A stretch of DNA of 64,000 nucleotides from Bugula neritina (taxonomy: Eukaryota; Animalia; Bryozoa). The stretch spans positions 33,107,504 through 33,171,503 of the forward strand of contig OZ037765.1 of assembly GCA_964035545.1 (NCBI GenBank), read 5' to 3'. The notes beneath the pieces were generated by a model. It did not search any database. It had not been told where the DNA came from and was given only the letters and a program-made list of their open reading frames with translations. Below, piece by piece: positions 26,401 to 41,400 of this stretch; position 1 is the first letter of the stretch, and each line of letters begins with the position of its first letter. The translations under genes and the position numbers were made by a program.

Positions 26401-29400
26401 TACATGGATAACAATAGTTTCAATGAGTTATTTGTTTGTTGGGGAAAAAACTTGTACAGAAAATAATATTTAATTCATCAGTAAATGTTTGTGGTTTCAC
26501 TCAAGTTATAAGCTGATGCATTTGCACAGTGTAGTATGTAGTGTACACAGTGTAGTATGTAGTGTATACAGTGTGGCATGTAGTGTGTACAATGTAGTAT
26601 GTAGTGTACACAGTGTGGCATGTAGTGTGTACAGTGTAGTATGTAGTGTACACAGTGTAGTATGTAGTGTACACAGTGTAGTATGTAGTGTATACAGTAT
26701 GTAGTGTACACAGTGTAGTGTACACAGTGCAGTGTACACAGTATAAGAAGTAGTGCAGTTTGCTCCCCTCCCATCATACTATACACTTGATCACGTGTCA
26801 ATGACTGCAGATTAATCAGCACAGGTTCGACTTGATAATGATGATATTATTATACTTGATAGTTACACTCAATTAATACACTGACTTCAGTTACATTCAA
26901 CAACTTTGACACACAACTGAATGCATTGCAACTCTGCAAGCATATTCCCACTTTGTCTTAACTCTTTCTATTGTGGAATGGTTAGCAGTTAGATTAGGGA
27001 AAAGACGCAGTTTATCTGGTCCTCCAGGGTAGTGTTAGAGTAAAAAGGAGTGGATAAACCTGTCGGCTTAGGGGTTGCTGCCAATGCTGCTTTAGCTAGA
27101 GATAATGCTTTCTATTAGCTGAGTTCCACATTCAACTGGTCTATGAAGTAAAGTTATGACTTTTGACACAACTAAAGAAAGGTTTTTGTTACCACATAGT
27201 TGGGCTAGTGTGTTGTGACTACAGTGAATTACATCACTGGAGGTCTCTTGCAGTTTCAGTTTACTCTGTGCTGCGACAGTTGCACTAGGAACATGTTTGC
27301 TCAGTGTTTCTATCCAATGGTGTGGTGCCATGAGCAGGGTTGATAAATAAAGGGGAATATGCTCCTGTGTTTGTTACCAATAATAGTGTCGACCTATCAA
27401 CATCTTAGATTAGTTTGTGTAAAGTTGGTATATTTATTAGCAAGTTGTCTTCCCCTGACTGAACTCAGTAGCCACTGTACAGTGTAGATTGAAGAACTGT
27501 TGGGTCGAAGTTACTTCACAGTCATTGTTTATGCCTGCAACCAGCTTAAACTAACAGTAATCACGTGACTGCAATAGTACCTCTACTTGATAAGAGCTGA
27601 TAGTGGTTACCTGCAGCTCACTGATTGCTGTAGGTAACACCTGCCTTCATATAAATATAATACATCTTCTCTCTGCACTCTATGACCATCTTTTCACCCA
27701 AATAGCTACCCACTACTTGCTAGATACTAGCTAGATGGCCTGAGGCTGTTGTCAGCTGCTAGAGAGAGAGAGAGAGAGATTTGTTGTATACAGAGAGTGT
27801 AGGGTTGTGCTGAGAGGATTCTGCTGCATCTAGTCTGCAGTGTAAATAAAGTTATTGTAGTGTTGTAGTCCATCTGCACTTCGGTCAATGAAATGAGGCT
27901 GTATAATATTGAAAGGGTTTTTGACTATTTTGTTTTTCACTTTATCACCAATAACTAGTAAGTAGTGAATAGTCACATTTTAACTACACACTAATAATCA
28001 TTCACTACTCAACATTCACTACTCACTGTTCACTACTAGACGTACACTGTCAGTAAAGTTCAACTAAGAAGTTGGAAAATGTTTCTATAATTTTTTTCTG
28101 TTTCCCATTACTCCACATTTTGGCCACCATCCAGTTTAAGAAATGAGAATAATTTAACTGCTGTCTGACGAATGCCGGGCTTACAGGTGCGTCGGGTGAC
28201 TTCTCGTCTGGTAGTTGTGCTGCGACTAGCATCTCTCAGTCTAAAACTGTAATTAAATGCCTTATCTGATAATGTATTCAAATTGTTATGATTGATTTCA
28301 CGAGATACGAGAGAGTGTATTGTTGGAGCACTGAGTTATACCTTTGTGTACTGAGCAGGTCACATCACTTTCTGTTCGTCTCAGTTTGACTCATTAGGAA
28401 TAGAAACATCAAATTAATACTCGGAGTAATTTGTATACAAGTGGCCACTAAATTTGGAAATGGCAGATTGTCTTGCTCAGTGGCTATATGGTAGACATCA
28501 GGGGTATTTGTAGCCAATAAAGTAATTACAGAATAGCATGTTATTCATAAGTAGTTAGTTGGTTCTCCCCCACCCTATCTTAGCTATGCACAGGCTATTT
28601 CTCACTTCCTGTTTTCACAGCTTCTGTCTCATTACTCTGTTCACTGCACCAGACAAGTTCACCTTGAACTTTATATTTAACCAGAATTTTGAAATTAAAA
28701 TTGGAAAATGCAATTCCTCTGTAAACACAAATAAAACATTGCTGATACTGTTGGCAGTGTTTGAGGTGTAATGGTGCAATCTGTAAGGGTGGTGCTGTTT
28801 CCCTCCCCTACTTATTACTAGTACTATGTACTGTGACTAACACTATTAGTACCTTGTACTGGCAGTTTACATGGTTTCCTATGTTTTTAAAGTTTTATTT
28901 ACATTTTCACTCTTCATAGAATTAGAAGTTATTTCAGGAACCACCCTTTGACACCCCCCCCCTCTCCCCAGTGACCTCTGCTTTTCTTGTATTCTCAACA
29001 ATTTTCATATTCTAGGCCCAACCTATCAATAGTGTAAGTGTAAGGTGATTTCTTGTATTTATATGATGTGATAGTATCCAGTTAGACCGGGTTCTCTGCT
29101 GCACACTAGATTAGATTCCCAGCTACACTGACTTAGTATGTATACAGCACCCCTCCCCAGAGCGTGTTGCCTTGGTTACCAAGGTGTAAACACCTGAATG
29201 TGACTGCCATTGTTTTCTAAATATAGGGAGGTGGTAAATTACAGAGAAAATTATCCTAGTTTATGGCTTATACAATAGAGCAGAATAAATACATGCATTC
29301 ACATGCTTATAGAGTACAATAAATATATGCACACATATGCTTATAGGAAATAATCAATATATGCACACATATGCTTATAGGTAGAATTCCTTCACAGCAG

Positions 29401-32400
29401 TGACAACCTTCCCCTAGGTCTGTGTTGAGTAGAGCGGAGGGCTTGTTGTGTGTACGTGTGATAAGTGTGGTTAACTGGGGGTCAAGAGGTCATAGTGGCT
29501 GTTGTTGGTAGGAATAGTTGGTCACATTTATGATTCAGTAGAAGATGGCATCTGTTTATGTAGCCCAAGCTATAGGCTGTAAGATTACTTGACATGGTGT
29601 ATGCCACCTTAGCCACTGTCCAGTGTGTGCATACAGCCACTTGTCAATCTCTATCAAATACCAGATGTGTTGGCATCTCCTCTAGCAGCTCAGCTGATTG
29701 GCTGATTGTGGCACATTCAGCTTAGGTTCTATTTTTAGCTTTCATGTTTCAGTCTTTGCTGCAACCTGTATTGGTTGAGATTTTGGGAAGACAGGTAGTG
29801 CAGGTGAACTTTTGAAAATGTTGAGCATCTGATGAAAGTGTTGACAATGTTGAGTATCTGATGAAAGTGTTGGGCAGTAGAGGAACTGTTGAAAGCGTTG
29901 AGTATCTGATGAAAGTGTTGATTTGTAGAGGAAATCTTGAAAGTGTTGAGTATCTGATGAAAGTGTTGGGTAGTAGAGGAACTGTTGAAAGTGTTGAGTA
30001 GGGAGTCTCATAAATTACAATTTAGGAGTTGAGACCAAAGAATAAAGTTGGTGTATTTTGATTGCCTTTTATCATGATTGATAGCTGGTGTGTACAGTTT
30101 ACATTTTACACAGTATAATGTGGGTATAATGCGTTTGGTTAGTGAATACACTTTCTTTGTGCAATGCATAATAATTGCTATAGAGTTGTTCGTAGCCTGC
30201 TTAGCATTCCGAGTTGATTAGCGGTTGTTATTGATTTGACATTGGAGCTGATGTGTTTCCCACAATGCCGTGTAACTCGCCTACTGGTCGCAACGGCTGG
30301 TCGTCTGCTTATGGAGTTTAGAGTCCCAGCATTGCTGTCAATCAGCCAATCAGGCACGTGCTTATATCACACTGTGAGAATGAGGGGCACTGGTCGGTCC
30401 ATCTAGTTTCAAAATGTTCGAAAAGATTTTTTAGAATTTTTACTGGCTTTGTTTGTTGGCAGCAACTAGTTTATATTTAGAGTTGGCAGCGATGGTTGAT
30501 GTGTTAATATATAGAGTTGGTTAGGGCCACCTCAACAAACAATAGAACGACATGCATAGCTCACTGTAAGGGTTAATTGAACACCCTGTTATAGCAGCAA
30601 GGCTGAGAAATGTTGACACTTGGGTCAAGAAATCAAACACTTTCAAGTCTTTAGAAACCTTTACTATTAGATTTCATTCATGAATATCCCCAAGTAATTT
30701 ATATTCAGCTCTGTCTAACAGTATTTAATAAAAACTAAACTATTGAATCATCAGATAATTACCTGCTCACCTAGTGTATATTATAATTGAATTAGCCAGT
30801 AAATCCCAACAGCTAGTCTATTACATACTATATATTATATGCTATATACAGCGAGGTTAGTCTATACTATAGGCAGGGTAGTGGAGGAATGGGTAGATTA
30901 TATTATTAAATAGATCTATATTAGAGTGTCTCTAAAGCTAATGAGTCACCATAAAGTATGTAAGACTGTCCTGCAGTTAATATACTCTGTGTTACAAATT
31001 AATTCAACTCCAGAAAGAGAGATGGTATAGTGATGGTGACATATCTAGTTACTACTAGTGAATTCTGAGGCTTTATTCATCAAAGGTGGGGGGTATATTG
31101 ATGCACCTTATATAGCACCCCTAAAGCTGCTATTATCCAAGGAGCAGAGACTAGAGGTGCTTATTAACAGGAAACACCAGTGATGTCACGAGGGCCACCT
31201 TGTGGAGTTTTAGTGTTACTTTATTCATTATGTGGCCATGTCAAGTGTGAAAACCTGTAATAAGTGATAGGAGGTTGCCAAGAGTCAAAGTTGTAAATAC
31301 TAAATAACTGTTGAACTGCAGGAGTGTCTCTAAAGTGCACCTCTTCTATGTTAGTTTGGCAGTTGCTTTTGGTCTATTAAAAGAGTGAACACCTTTCCCC
31401 TTCCTTCTTGTTCTTTTTCCGCTCTTTTTAGCTGCACTCCTTGGTTCAACCCCCCAAGGCAGCTTTAAACTATCCACCACTTGTTATATATTTAGATTTG
31501 CATTCTCCATGCCCAGTTTTGTTACCCCTAGCTGTTGAGTCATAACAGCTCACTGAGAGAGACAACTCCCTAGTTTACAAGACATTACAAGTTGTGTTAT
31601 ATTGTGAGTAGGTGCTGTTCAGTGGGTATGGTGACGTAGTATATTATGTACTGTGTATACAGTTCTTCTATGTGTTGTGACTTCATGCGCTCTTATAATA
31701 TTCACTATGAGTGAGCAGTGAGTGAGAGTTTAGTCATAATTTGCTTTCAATTAGCACCAGGAAATAACAATTCTACTCTATTCTGTTTTATACTCTATAC
31801 CACACTACTGAACTATATACTATATACTACTATATACTATACTACTATATACTATATACTACTCTATACCACACTACTGAACTATATACTATACTACACT
31901 ATACTACACTACTGAACTAAATACTCTACTACTCTATACTACACTACTGAACTATACACTCTACTACTCTATACTACACTACTGAACTATATACTACACT
32001 ACTCTATGCTAAACTCTGCTTCAAAGTACCCTGTGTTTAGACTGACACTATCTCTAAGGTGAAGGTCACTGCTTAGAGTAGACTGTGTTACTTGCTTTGC
32101 CTGTCATTTACAATTTAGATAGTCTGCAGCACAACCTGAGGCTATAACTTCCAAACCCCTAGTCAGTATAACACTAGTGTGTATACTGTAATATAATAAT
32201 ACATTATATAATATTATATTACATGAACACACCAACCCACATCACTGTCACATGAGATACTAGACATTTTAAGTACATTTATCCTTTGCACTTTTCAGTT
32301 TTTTGTCCGCCACGCTGCCGCTCTGTGGGTGAAGCTGGCAGCGTGTTGACACCTGAGCCATAGTGGCACACAGGTGCTTGTAGTTTGTTTGCTGGAGGTA

Positions 32401-35400
32401 TTGTGTCTACCCTGGAGTAGTGTCTATATAGATATGTGTACAGCAACCCACCTTGTACATGAGTAGGGGTGGTAGAAGAGCACCTCGTACATAAGTAAGT
32501 GGGCGGTAGGACTGAATCTAACCCTCTCTGTGTGATTACAGGAAGCTCTGAGTGCCACTGGCCGGGCCTTCGAGAGGATGGAGCTGGCAGACCGAAGCTC
32601 CGTGACTTCCTCCAAGACGCCACGACTTCCAACTAGAGATACTCGATCTCCAACCGGGAGAAAGAAGTCCCGGGTGAGTGGGCAACTCCTACATGTATAT
32701 TTGTATGAACTCAGCAAGTTGATTACCCTAATAATAATAATATGATTTCACACTGCCTAACCTACTCGATGTCTTAATTATATGCTTTGCTCCCTGCTTT
32801 ATGTAATGATATGTTGAATAGACTGAGTTAGCTGTAGATATGTGAACTAGCAGTTAACTGCCCGCAGCTCTACATACTCTGCATTGCCTCTCTCTCTCCT
32901 AGCACAGTGCTCTGTCACCTCCATCTATCATCAGATATTGTATTTGAGATATATCTGCTATTTAAAATATTAGCATTGGGAAAAGAGATCTTAAGTAATA
33001 AGGAGACGCTGTTACATGTGTCTTGTAGACATTTTATCTCTCCGATTCATAAAGTTCACTGTTGGAGTGTGTAGTCAGCAAATCTCAAGGTTTTAGTGAC
33101 AGAGTGTGTAGTTGTGTTCCCCTGTACTGTGATGTATCTTGAGAGTTGTCACCTCGTCTGTAGGATGAAGTCTGATTTTATTTCGTTTAGTTATTTGGGA
33201 ATGTTTTTACTGCTTAAAAATGAACTGATTAATTTAGTAGCTGACAAGAGCAGACACAGCTAACTGATTCACCAATAAGATGTAATATTTGGGGGTATAA
33301 GCTAGCTCACTAGTAAACAGTATTGTTTGTCATCAGTTTTATAAGTTGTCTCCTCTTGGAAAACTTGCCTGCTGGTCAGATATTACTGTGTAGCGGGGAC
33401 ATAGCTCCTGTATACTACAGTCTGGTCGGCTGCAAGACAGATAGTCAAAGGGTTGTCTTCTCTGTTAAATAGAAACGGCTACTTAGCAAAGGTGCTTCTA
33501 TAAAGTTGAACTGCATAGCTAGCTTCTCTGTTACTCTGTTAACTTCTTCAACATAACAGCATTGTACACAGCACTTTACACTACACTACACTGTATGCCT
33601 TCCAGCACTATACTATACTATACCATCTCCACTCTATCTGCAGGAGAACATTACTAGAAGCAGCACTGAGTTGGGGATGACTGATCATAGTATTTGTGCC
33701 TCCAAACTCTCAGCCACTGCACTCGGTGACCACCAACTGGGTGCTGCTTCTAGAAACTTTCCCTACAGCAGCCCCACACCTTCCAAATCACCTGCAACTA
33801 TTATTGTATCTGTCCGAGCTATTGTCAAGGACGCAGGCACTCATGCAGGAAGTGTAGAAACCATCTTCTGTTTACCTTGTAGGCCTCCTCATCCAACAGC
33901 ACCCGCACCAAGGAACCCCGCACTCCTCGTCACGGCAAGAGGACGGCAGCGTCCAGATCTCCTTTAGCCTGCAGCAGCACCAGTAGTCTGGTACCATCGG
34001 ACTCTGACTCTCAGTCTATGTCTCCCCACCCCTCTACCTCTTCAATGGTAAGACAACTCCTGGTGCCCCTGTCAGTATAATATGTAGAGAGCTGAGTGGT
34101 CATGTGACTTGTTTACCGCTCATTTATTTGAGAATCAAAAAGTTGTTAATGAATTTCCTAGTCTGATTGAATTTATGTGAAGTGATATGACATTTGACTA
34201 ATTGAACAGCAAATCAATAAACTAGAACAGCTTATAGAAGTTGTCTATTCTTTGGATTTGTCTTTTCTTGAAGACTGGATAATCAGAAGCTTTGCTGAGT
34301 TGTCCTCTCTCTATCACCTACTATACTCTCTCTATCACCTACTATACTCTCTCTATCACCTACTATACTCTCTCTATCACCTACTATACTCTCTCTATCA
34401 CTTACTATACTCTCTCTATCACCTACTATACTCTCTCTATCACCTACTATACTCTCTCTATCACCTACTATACTCTCTCTATCACCTACTATACTCTCTC
34501 TATCACCTACTATACGCTCTCTATCACCTACTATACTCTCTCTCTCTATCACCTACTATACTCTCTCTATCACCTACTATACTCTCTCTATCACCTACTA
34601 TACTCTTGTAGATGACATCTAAAGTTGAACCCGCTGACAGTGAAAGAAGTTTAGACTCAGTACCACACTCACAACTTAAAACAGAGAAGGCGGGTGCTAA
34701 AGACTCCCTGCCTTCATATCTCTCTAGTGTAAAACAACAAGCTGAATCTACAGTGGTAGGTCACCTTCACTCTTAGGCTTATGCTTATAGGCTTCTGCTT
34801 ATCTGCTGCCTAGTTGAATGCTGCCTCGCTGCTAGTGTAGTTTCAAGATCCCTGCTTCAAGATTTCTGTTCAGAATGCCATCAGCTTCAACTTGAACGAA
34901 GATGAGGAGAAGATAACTCTACTTTCTGCTTCACATTTCCCTGCACCCCACTGAATGCTCTGTTCTTTGTAATGTTTAGCACCTGCTTTAACAGCTACCC
35001 GCTCAATGTGCATGTTTGATTATTTATTTCTTGTACTCAATGCATGAACTCTAGCAGACTGGCTGTGCTAGATTCCTTGTGCTTCTGTGAATAACTTATT
35101 TAATTGTAAATAAATTTTAACCACTTACAATCTGACCTCCTCTTACTTATCTCTATTTCTGTGAAGGGGCCAACCCCACCCCACCCCTATTATTTGTTTA
35201 CACCGGATAGAAAGGTAGGTGAAGTGATTTTATTATTTATGTAAAGGTTGCTACTGGAATTGAAAAAATAAATATTATGTAAAATTCAAGTAAAAATAGA
35301 AATGAATGAATCATTATGTCTAAATATAGCTGCTGCCAATGCTATGGGTACCTGTCAAAGTTTAGTGTTGACACAGTGTAGGTGTTTGCTAGCTGTTAGC

Positions 35401-38400
35401 AGTCTGAGTACAGCTTGTTAACTGTAGTAGTTGGATATAGTAGATATACACACACTGCCTATACTCTATACTAGTCACCAGATGGCTGCCTCTCCATTAC
35501 CAGGTTTTAAAAGCCCATTGAATAACAGTAGGTGGTACTTCAACCCTGGCATTACCCTTCAAAACACTCCCTAATACTTACTAAACTTAATGACACAAAC
35601 TCCTGCCTCTTACAGTCTCAAGTACCTCTTAAGTGTCTCTCAAGTGCTCTACTTGACTCTGTTATATTAGGATTTATCAACTCTACAAGTGCCTCCTTCA
35701 TTGCTGCCACAAGTTTACTCTTGATAGTCTCATTAGCTGCACACACTGCGTCAGCGAACTCTTCAATATCCTCGCTCTTCGGCAGCAACTTGTTTATGCA
35801 TTTATCCAGTTTATGCGTGTGAAGAAATTTTCTAGGTTCTTATCTCTGTGTGCCAATTTAAATTTTATGAAATTTGAAACCAAATATTTGGAGTTGTTTC
35901 TCCTGTCCACAAAATGCAGATCTGTAGTTAGCTTTAGTTTGTAGTGTCTGGTTTGGAATGAGTTGCTTTATTTTATAGTCAGACAACTTCCCATGCTACA
36001 GGTTATTATACTAGAACTAAGGCTATTTCAAGTAACTGCAAGTCTACACTTATACTTTCTCTACCTCTAGCCTCTGCACCTCACCTTTAGTCTCTGTACC
36101 TTGCATCTCTATCTGGAATGTTTCTATAAGCAGCTCCGAGTTGGAGGTGACTGAGTGCATTAGTAAGAGGCTCTCAAGTTCAGAGTTGAACTTGTACCTC
36201 ACCTTTACAGACTCCCCTCCTGTAGGTATGCTGTAAGAATGCAATTTCTGTTCACGCAGGTCAAATCTGAGCCATACGTGTCCCATAAGCTGGATATAAA
36301 AGATCTCACTAAGCTGTCAGCCACCAAACCATCCCTACTCTCTTCATCCACTTATTTCACTCCCATTACGGCGACAGCACCCCCTGCAACCTCAGCTCTA
36401 GATTCTACACCCCTGACATCTTCCGACATGAAGGTAAAGTACCTGATTCACTAAATGCTTCCACATTTCTAGTCAGAGTTTGGTTTTATACAAGTAGTTT
36501 ATAGCTGCCTTCCCATATTTTAGCTAAATCTTTTCCTCACTACCAGTGATACGGTAAAGGGGTAGCAAGCCACCCCCCCCCACCCTTTTTCTTTTTGTAC
36601 TTACGGATGCTGAGTGTAGAAAGCTCACTAAGGGTTTAAGTACTACTTTTGGTACAAAGAATGATTTATCATGTGGAGGGGAGAGTGGCCCATCAATAAC
36701 CAAACTTGTTGCATCTCCCCATATTTATAGCTACTAATTCAGCACCGCAGTGTTGATCTATAGGCCTTATAGGGTTGAAGTCCTGTGAAAATTTAATATG
36801 AAATAAAAGCCGAAAAGTAGATAGTTTTAGTATAAATATACAGCCTAGCAAGTTCAGCTATACACAGTTGAGGGTCTTAACTGTGGAAATGTTTCAAGTC
36901 AGTATTAGACCTCCCTTACATTGAACTACATCCACGTTGATGGACATTGAACTATATCCAACATTACAGCCTATCTAATAACATACTTCAAGTAAAGGTC
37001 TGTCGTATAGCTGCTGTGACCCATTTCCTGTAGAGGTCTGGGAGATGACGAGTTGGCCCCATGTTGACTGCCTCCGAGTGTACTTGTGTTTATCCACTCG
37101 AAATGTTGAAGGGCCCTCCACTTGTTTATGTACAGCATATTCTGTCTTCTACAATCACTCATCTACTCTGCTATTATGTTGCTCTTATCATATCCTAGTA
37201 TATCTTATAGTATATCATGTAGTATACCATATCATATTGTAGTATATCATGTAGTATACCATATCATATTGTAGTATATCATGTAGTATACCATATCATA
37301 TTGTAGTATATCATGTAGTATACCATATCATATTGTAGTATATCATGTAGTATACCATATCATATTGTAGTATATCATGTAGTATACCATATCATATTGT
37401 AGTATATCATAATAGTATATTATACCAATTTAAAAGAAATCTTTAGTGTATGTATCAAGTAATTTGTTGGGAGGAATATCCAACACATAAATAGACTTAG
37501 TAGTGACAGTAGTGGAAACATTAATTATAACATAGTAATTTATTATTAGTAGTTATGTTAATGTTAATGATAAATGTTGATTGTTGCTGTTTTTGTTAGT
37601 TTCATTTCGCCATCAATAGAGTAACAAACCAGTAAGTTCCAGGTCAAGTTGTGTGAAATCTGCAAAATATTCGAACTGAAAAAATATTTCTTTCTAAGCA
37701 GAGTGTTACAGTACATCATGTACATTATATGCTATGCTGCTGTCGTGTGGTTAGGGGTGACTTTGCAGGTAAATAATGTTTGCTTAAAAAAGCAAAAAAT
37801 GCCAACATTTTATCATAGTTTCTAAAAATAGTATACAGCAATAAAAAAGAAGTACTGGACTAGAAATAAGAAAGTTTCGGCAGGTAAAGAGGGTAATTAG
37901 TTTAGAGAAGGTAAAAATAGAGGAGATTATTCTGGAAGTAATTTCCGGAGTAAGAAGGCTGTTTCCTTTAGCCGAGGCAGTAGATTAGAAGACGGGAGAT
38001 TATAGTGACAAGTTGACACGTTTGAAGAGTTCATTGTCAGATATAACTAATTCAATACGCTGCAAGTACCTCTCCTCAAATACTTTGTCGTCTTTTAAGA
38101 GCCATTCAACATCATATTCAATCATATTCAAGTATAATACACTATCTGCACGGATCAATACCCTTGGAGCACCCTGTATACCAGCTATATACTCTGCACG
38201 GTACGCCCTGTATGTGCTACACACAGTGTGCTACACACAGTATATACTACACACAACTCTTCTCTTACAGCTCTACTCTACTCCAGTCAAGTTTACTCCC
38301 AGGTTTGAGAATATTAGTCCTGATATAACGAAGCCACCCCTAGCAGCTGGTCAGCTGAGTCATAGCTCACCTTCGACAATCCCACCAGGTATGCATTCTA

Positions 38401-41400
38401 TTCTAGAAATATTTACGTACTAAACTATATAGTGTTCTATACTCTATAATACGCTATACTCTGTAATATGCTATACTCTGTAATATACTCTGTAATATAC
38501 TATACTCTACACTCTATAATATACTTTACTAGGTCTACTAATTACATCATATCTTGAGACATCTCGTATAATGAATCCACTTAGGACCAGTTCACTGTTT
38601 CCTAGTCTGTATTGAAGTGCTGGAGGGGGAATTAGTGCACTGTACATTCTTTTATATACTTACTTTATGTTCTTACTTCTATATACTTACCTCATGTACT
38701 TAGTTCTATATACTTATCTTATGTATTTACTTCTGTATACTTACCTTATATACTTACTTCTATATACTTACTCTATAATATACTTACCTTATGTACTTAC
38801 TGTACTTACTAGTATATCATACAGTATATCACACTGTATATATTATACAGTATGATATACTGGTATATATTATACAGTATGATATACTGTATATATTATA
38901 CAGTATGATATATACTGGTATATAACACAGTAAAGTGCACGCTGCATGACATACGAGCTTACACTACACACAAACACTCGAGATGCTGAGTGCTGTTTAA
39001 TGACACTTGAGAGAAGTTTACGTATCGCTGTCACTACTTCACCCCCCCCTCCACCTAGTAATGTAATTTACTTGCGCATAGCCTAAGTGCTCTTCATCCT
39101 GATTAGGTTGTGATCCTGTAACCGCGTTCCCGTGGTCAGGCAACGCTAGTACTACCACTTCATTTGGTTCGTTCAACACAACAGCCACTACAGCCGTAGC
39201 TACACCACGCAGTAACAGTGTTCACAGTGTTAACAGCAGCAGCAGTAGACACAATACTCCAGTCTGTACTCCCAGCGCTGCCTCAACAGCATCTAGAGAC
39301 AGAGAGAACAGCAGCAGAGCGGCTTCCCGTAGCAGGTTAGTATCTGTACTCACACTTCTGTTTATAACCTTGACCTTCAGTACATGCAGACGTCCTGCTG
39401 GTGTCTTATTGTGTTGTGAGAGTTGAGCTTCTAGTTGGAAGTCACCACCAGGGGTCTCTCATCTCGCTGTCGGGTTGTAAACTAACTGGTGTCTCGTCTC
39501 ATTTCAGTGACAGAAATACGAGTAGAAGTTCCGGTCAGCCGGCCACCTCCGCTGTCGACAGCCTCTCTCCCGCCATATTCGGCAGCCAGTCCTACAACAA
39601 TATGCTGAGCTTCGGGGGACCAAACAGTCTGCCCGCCCCCTTTGGATACTCAGCTACTGCGGCCATCGGGCAGCCCCACGCCAACTTCCCCTTCGGCTCC
39701 CCCGAGATGCTGTCACAGTTTAATAGCTCTACGCCCCTGGCCAATGCTAGTAAGTATCGTACCCCTTTACTCTACACTCCTGGGTGACAGCAAAACGTAT
39801 CTTTGTAATTTGCTCTACACACCTGGCCAATGAAGTCAGTATCTTACTGCATTCTACACTCAGCTTATTCTGTTGACTCAACTAGACTCTTCTCTCTTGC
39901 AGGTCCGGACCAGATCCGAGCCGAACTCTCGCGCCGGATGTTGATGCAGGCTAGCGAGAGGGGTGCAGTGCCCCCCTTCCTCAGACCAGAGCAGATGTTC
40001 CCCCCTCACAACTCAGCCATGGGTGGCACCTCCATCCCCCAGACCGGGGGCATACCTCCGAACCTGCCGTCTGCCGTGTTCTTCCAGCAAATGGTAAGTA
40101 AGACTAGCCGTCTGTTTCTCCGTCTGCTAGTCTAGTGGGGCTGCAGCTGGTTACTAACCCGTGTCACGCTTCAGTCGTATTCTGAATTACTGGTTTTTCT
40201 ATTCATTTATATAATGATATGTTTATAAGAACTGAGAGTAGATAACTCAGTGGGTTGTAGTCAGGGGATCAGCACGTACCGCTGCTCTCTTGAACCTGAA
40301 GGTAATATAATGAAGATGATTATCTCTTGTAGTTTGACAAGACACCACATATGCTGCTAAGTCAGCGAGGAGCTGCCGCCAATGTGAGTCATCAGTTCTA
40401 CTCCAACTCTGCATAGTTTCTTGTTCTCTTCTTAGCTAGCTCTGTCATAGTGCTGCTGGTCTCACACACTCATGTATTCTCTGTTGAACAGGCTGCCTCC
40501 GTCGCCACGACAACGGCGTCAGCTGTTGAACCGTCACCTTTCCAGTCAGTTCCCGGTGGACACAGCAACCCCTCCGCTACTGCTGACAGCAGCCAGAAGG
40601 TATGGCGACAGCTGATTTCTTCTACATTATATTATATTACACTGTTTTATTACATTATATTATATTACACTGTTTTATTACATTATATTTTGTTAGAATG
40701 AAATGTGATAAAAGCGACTAATATTTTGTCAACCTGAAGTGTGAATAGAATTTTCTAGAACTGTTGTTGATAGTTTGTGTATTTCGTTGGTTTCCTTCGC
40801 TATCCGTCATTCTCTGTGCCATTACCTGCATCGTGTGTTCTTTGCTTGCAGAGGGCGAGTAAGTGGTGCGCTGCTCACGTGCGTATTGCCTATTTCATCT
40901 ACAACGCCACCAAACTCAACCAAAGAACAGAAGGTGCTAGGAACGGTCTGCTCGCTGCCGGTGTTGCTGACTCAGACAGGAAACAGCCGTCTGGACCCAT
41001 CAACCTTACTCACTCCATCGGTGCTATCACGGCCAGCACTATACACCGGCCCAGGGATGTGCCAGCCAATCAGATGCGGCCCAGACTGAGTCGTAAGTAG
41101 ACAGAGTAGCTCCGCATCACATCCTGTTCTTGTCACGCTGATTATTTAGGATTCCAAAATGCCGCATGAAATATGGTGTTTTTTGCGTGGTTAAAAGTTA
41201 ATGTTGAAAAATGGGTAAAAAATAGAATATTTGTGTCTAACAGCTGCTCCATCTCCAGCCGGGAAATCTTCTGAGGGAAAGACAACCCCCAGTCCTCTGC
41301 AGCGAGTGGATAGACAGAGCAAGCAGAAGAGTGGAGCCAGCTCCCCCGCCAGCTTCACCTCCAGTTCTAGCGGCAAAGGTACTTCTATTTTATCACCTCT

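Noticed and set aside
29815-30000. Hammerhead ribozyme or C/D snoRNA suggested by repeated CTGATGA...GAAA
   Set aside because: No stem II directly after CTGATGA and no credible stems I and III or terminal stem; explained as a 48-nt tandem repeat.
35532-38224. ORFs 35532-35822, 36050-36286 and 38000-38224 as nested genes or transposon fragments
   Set aside because: No recognisable domain motifs or consistent splice chain; they cannot be supported without a homology search.
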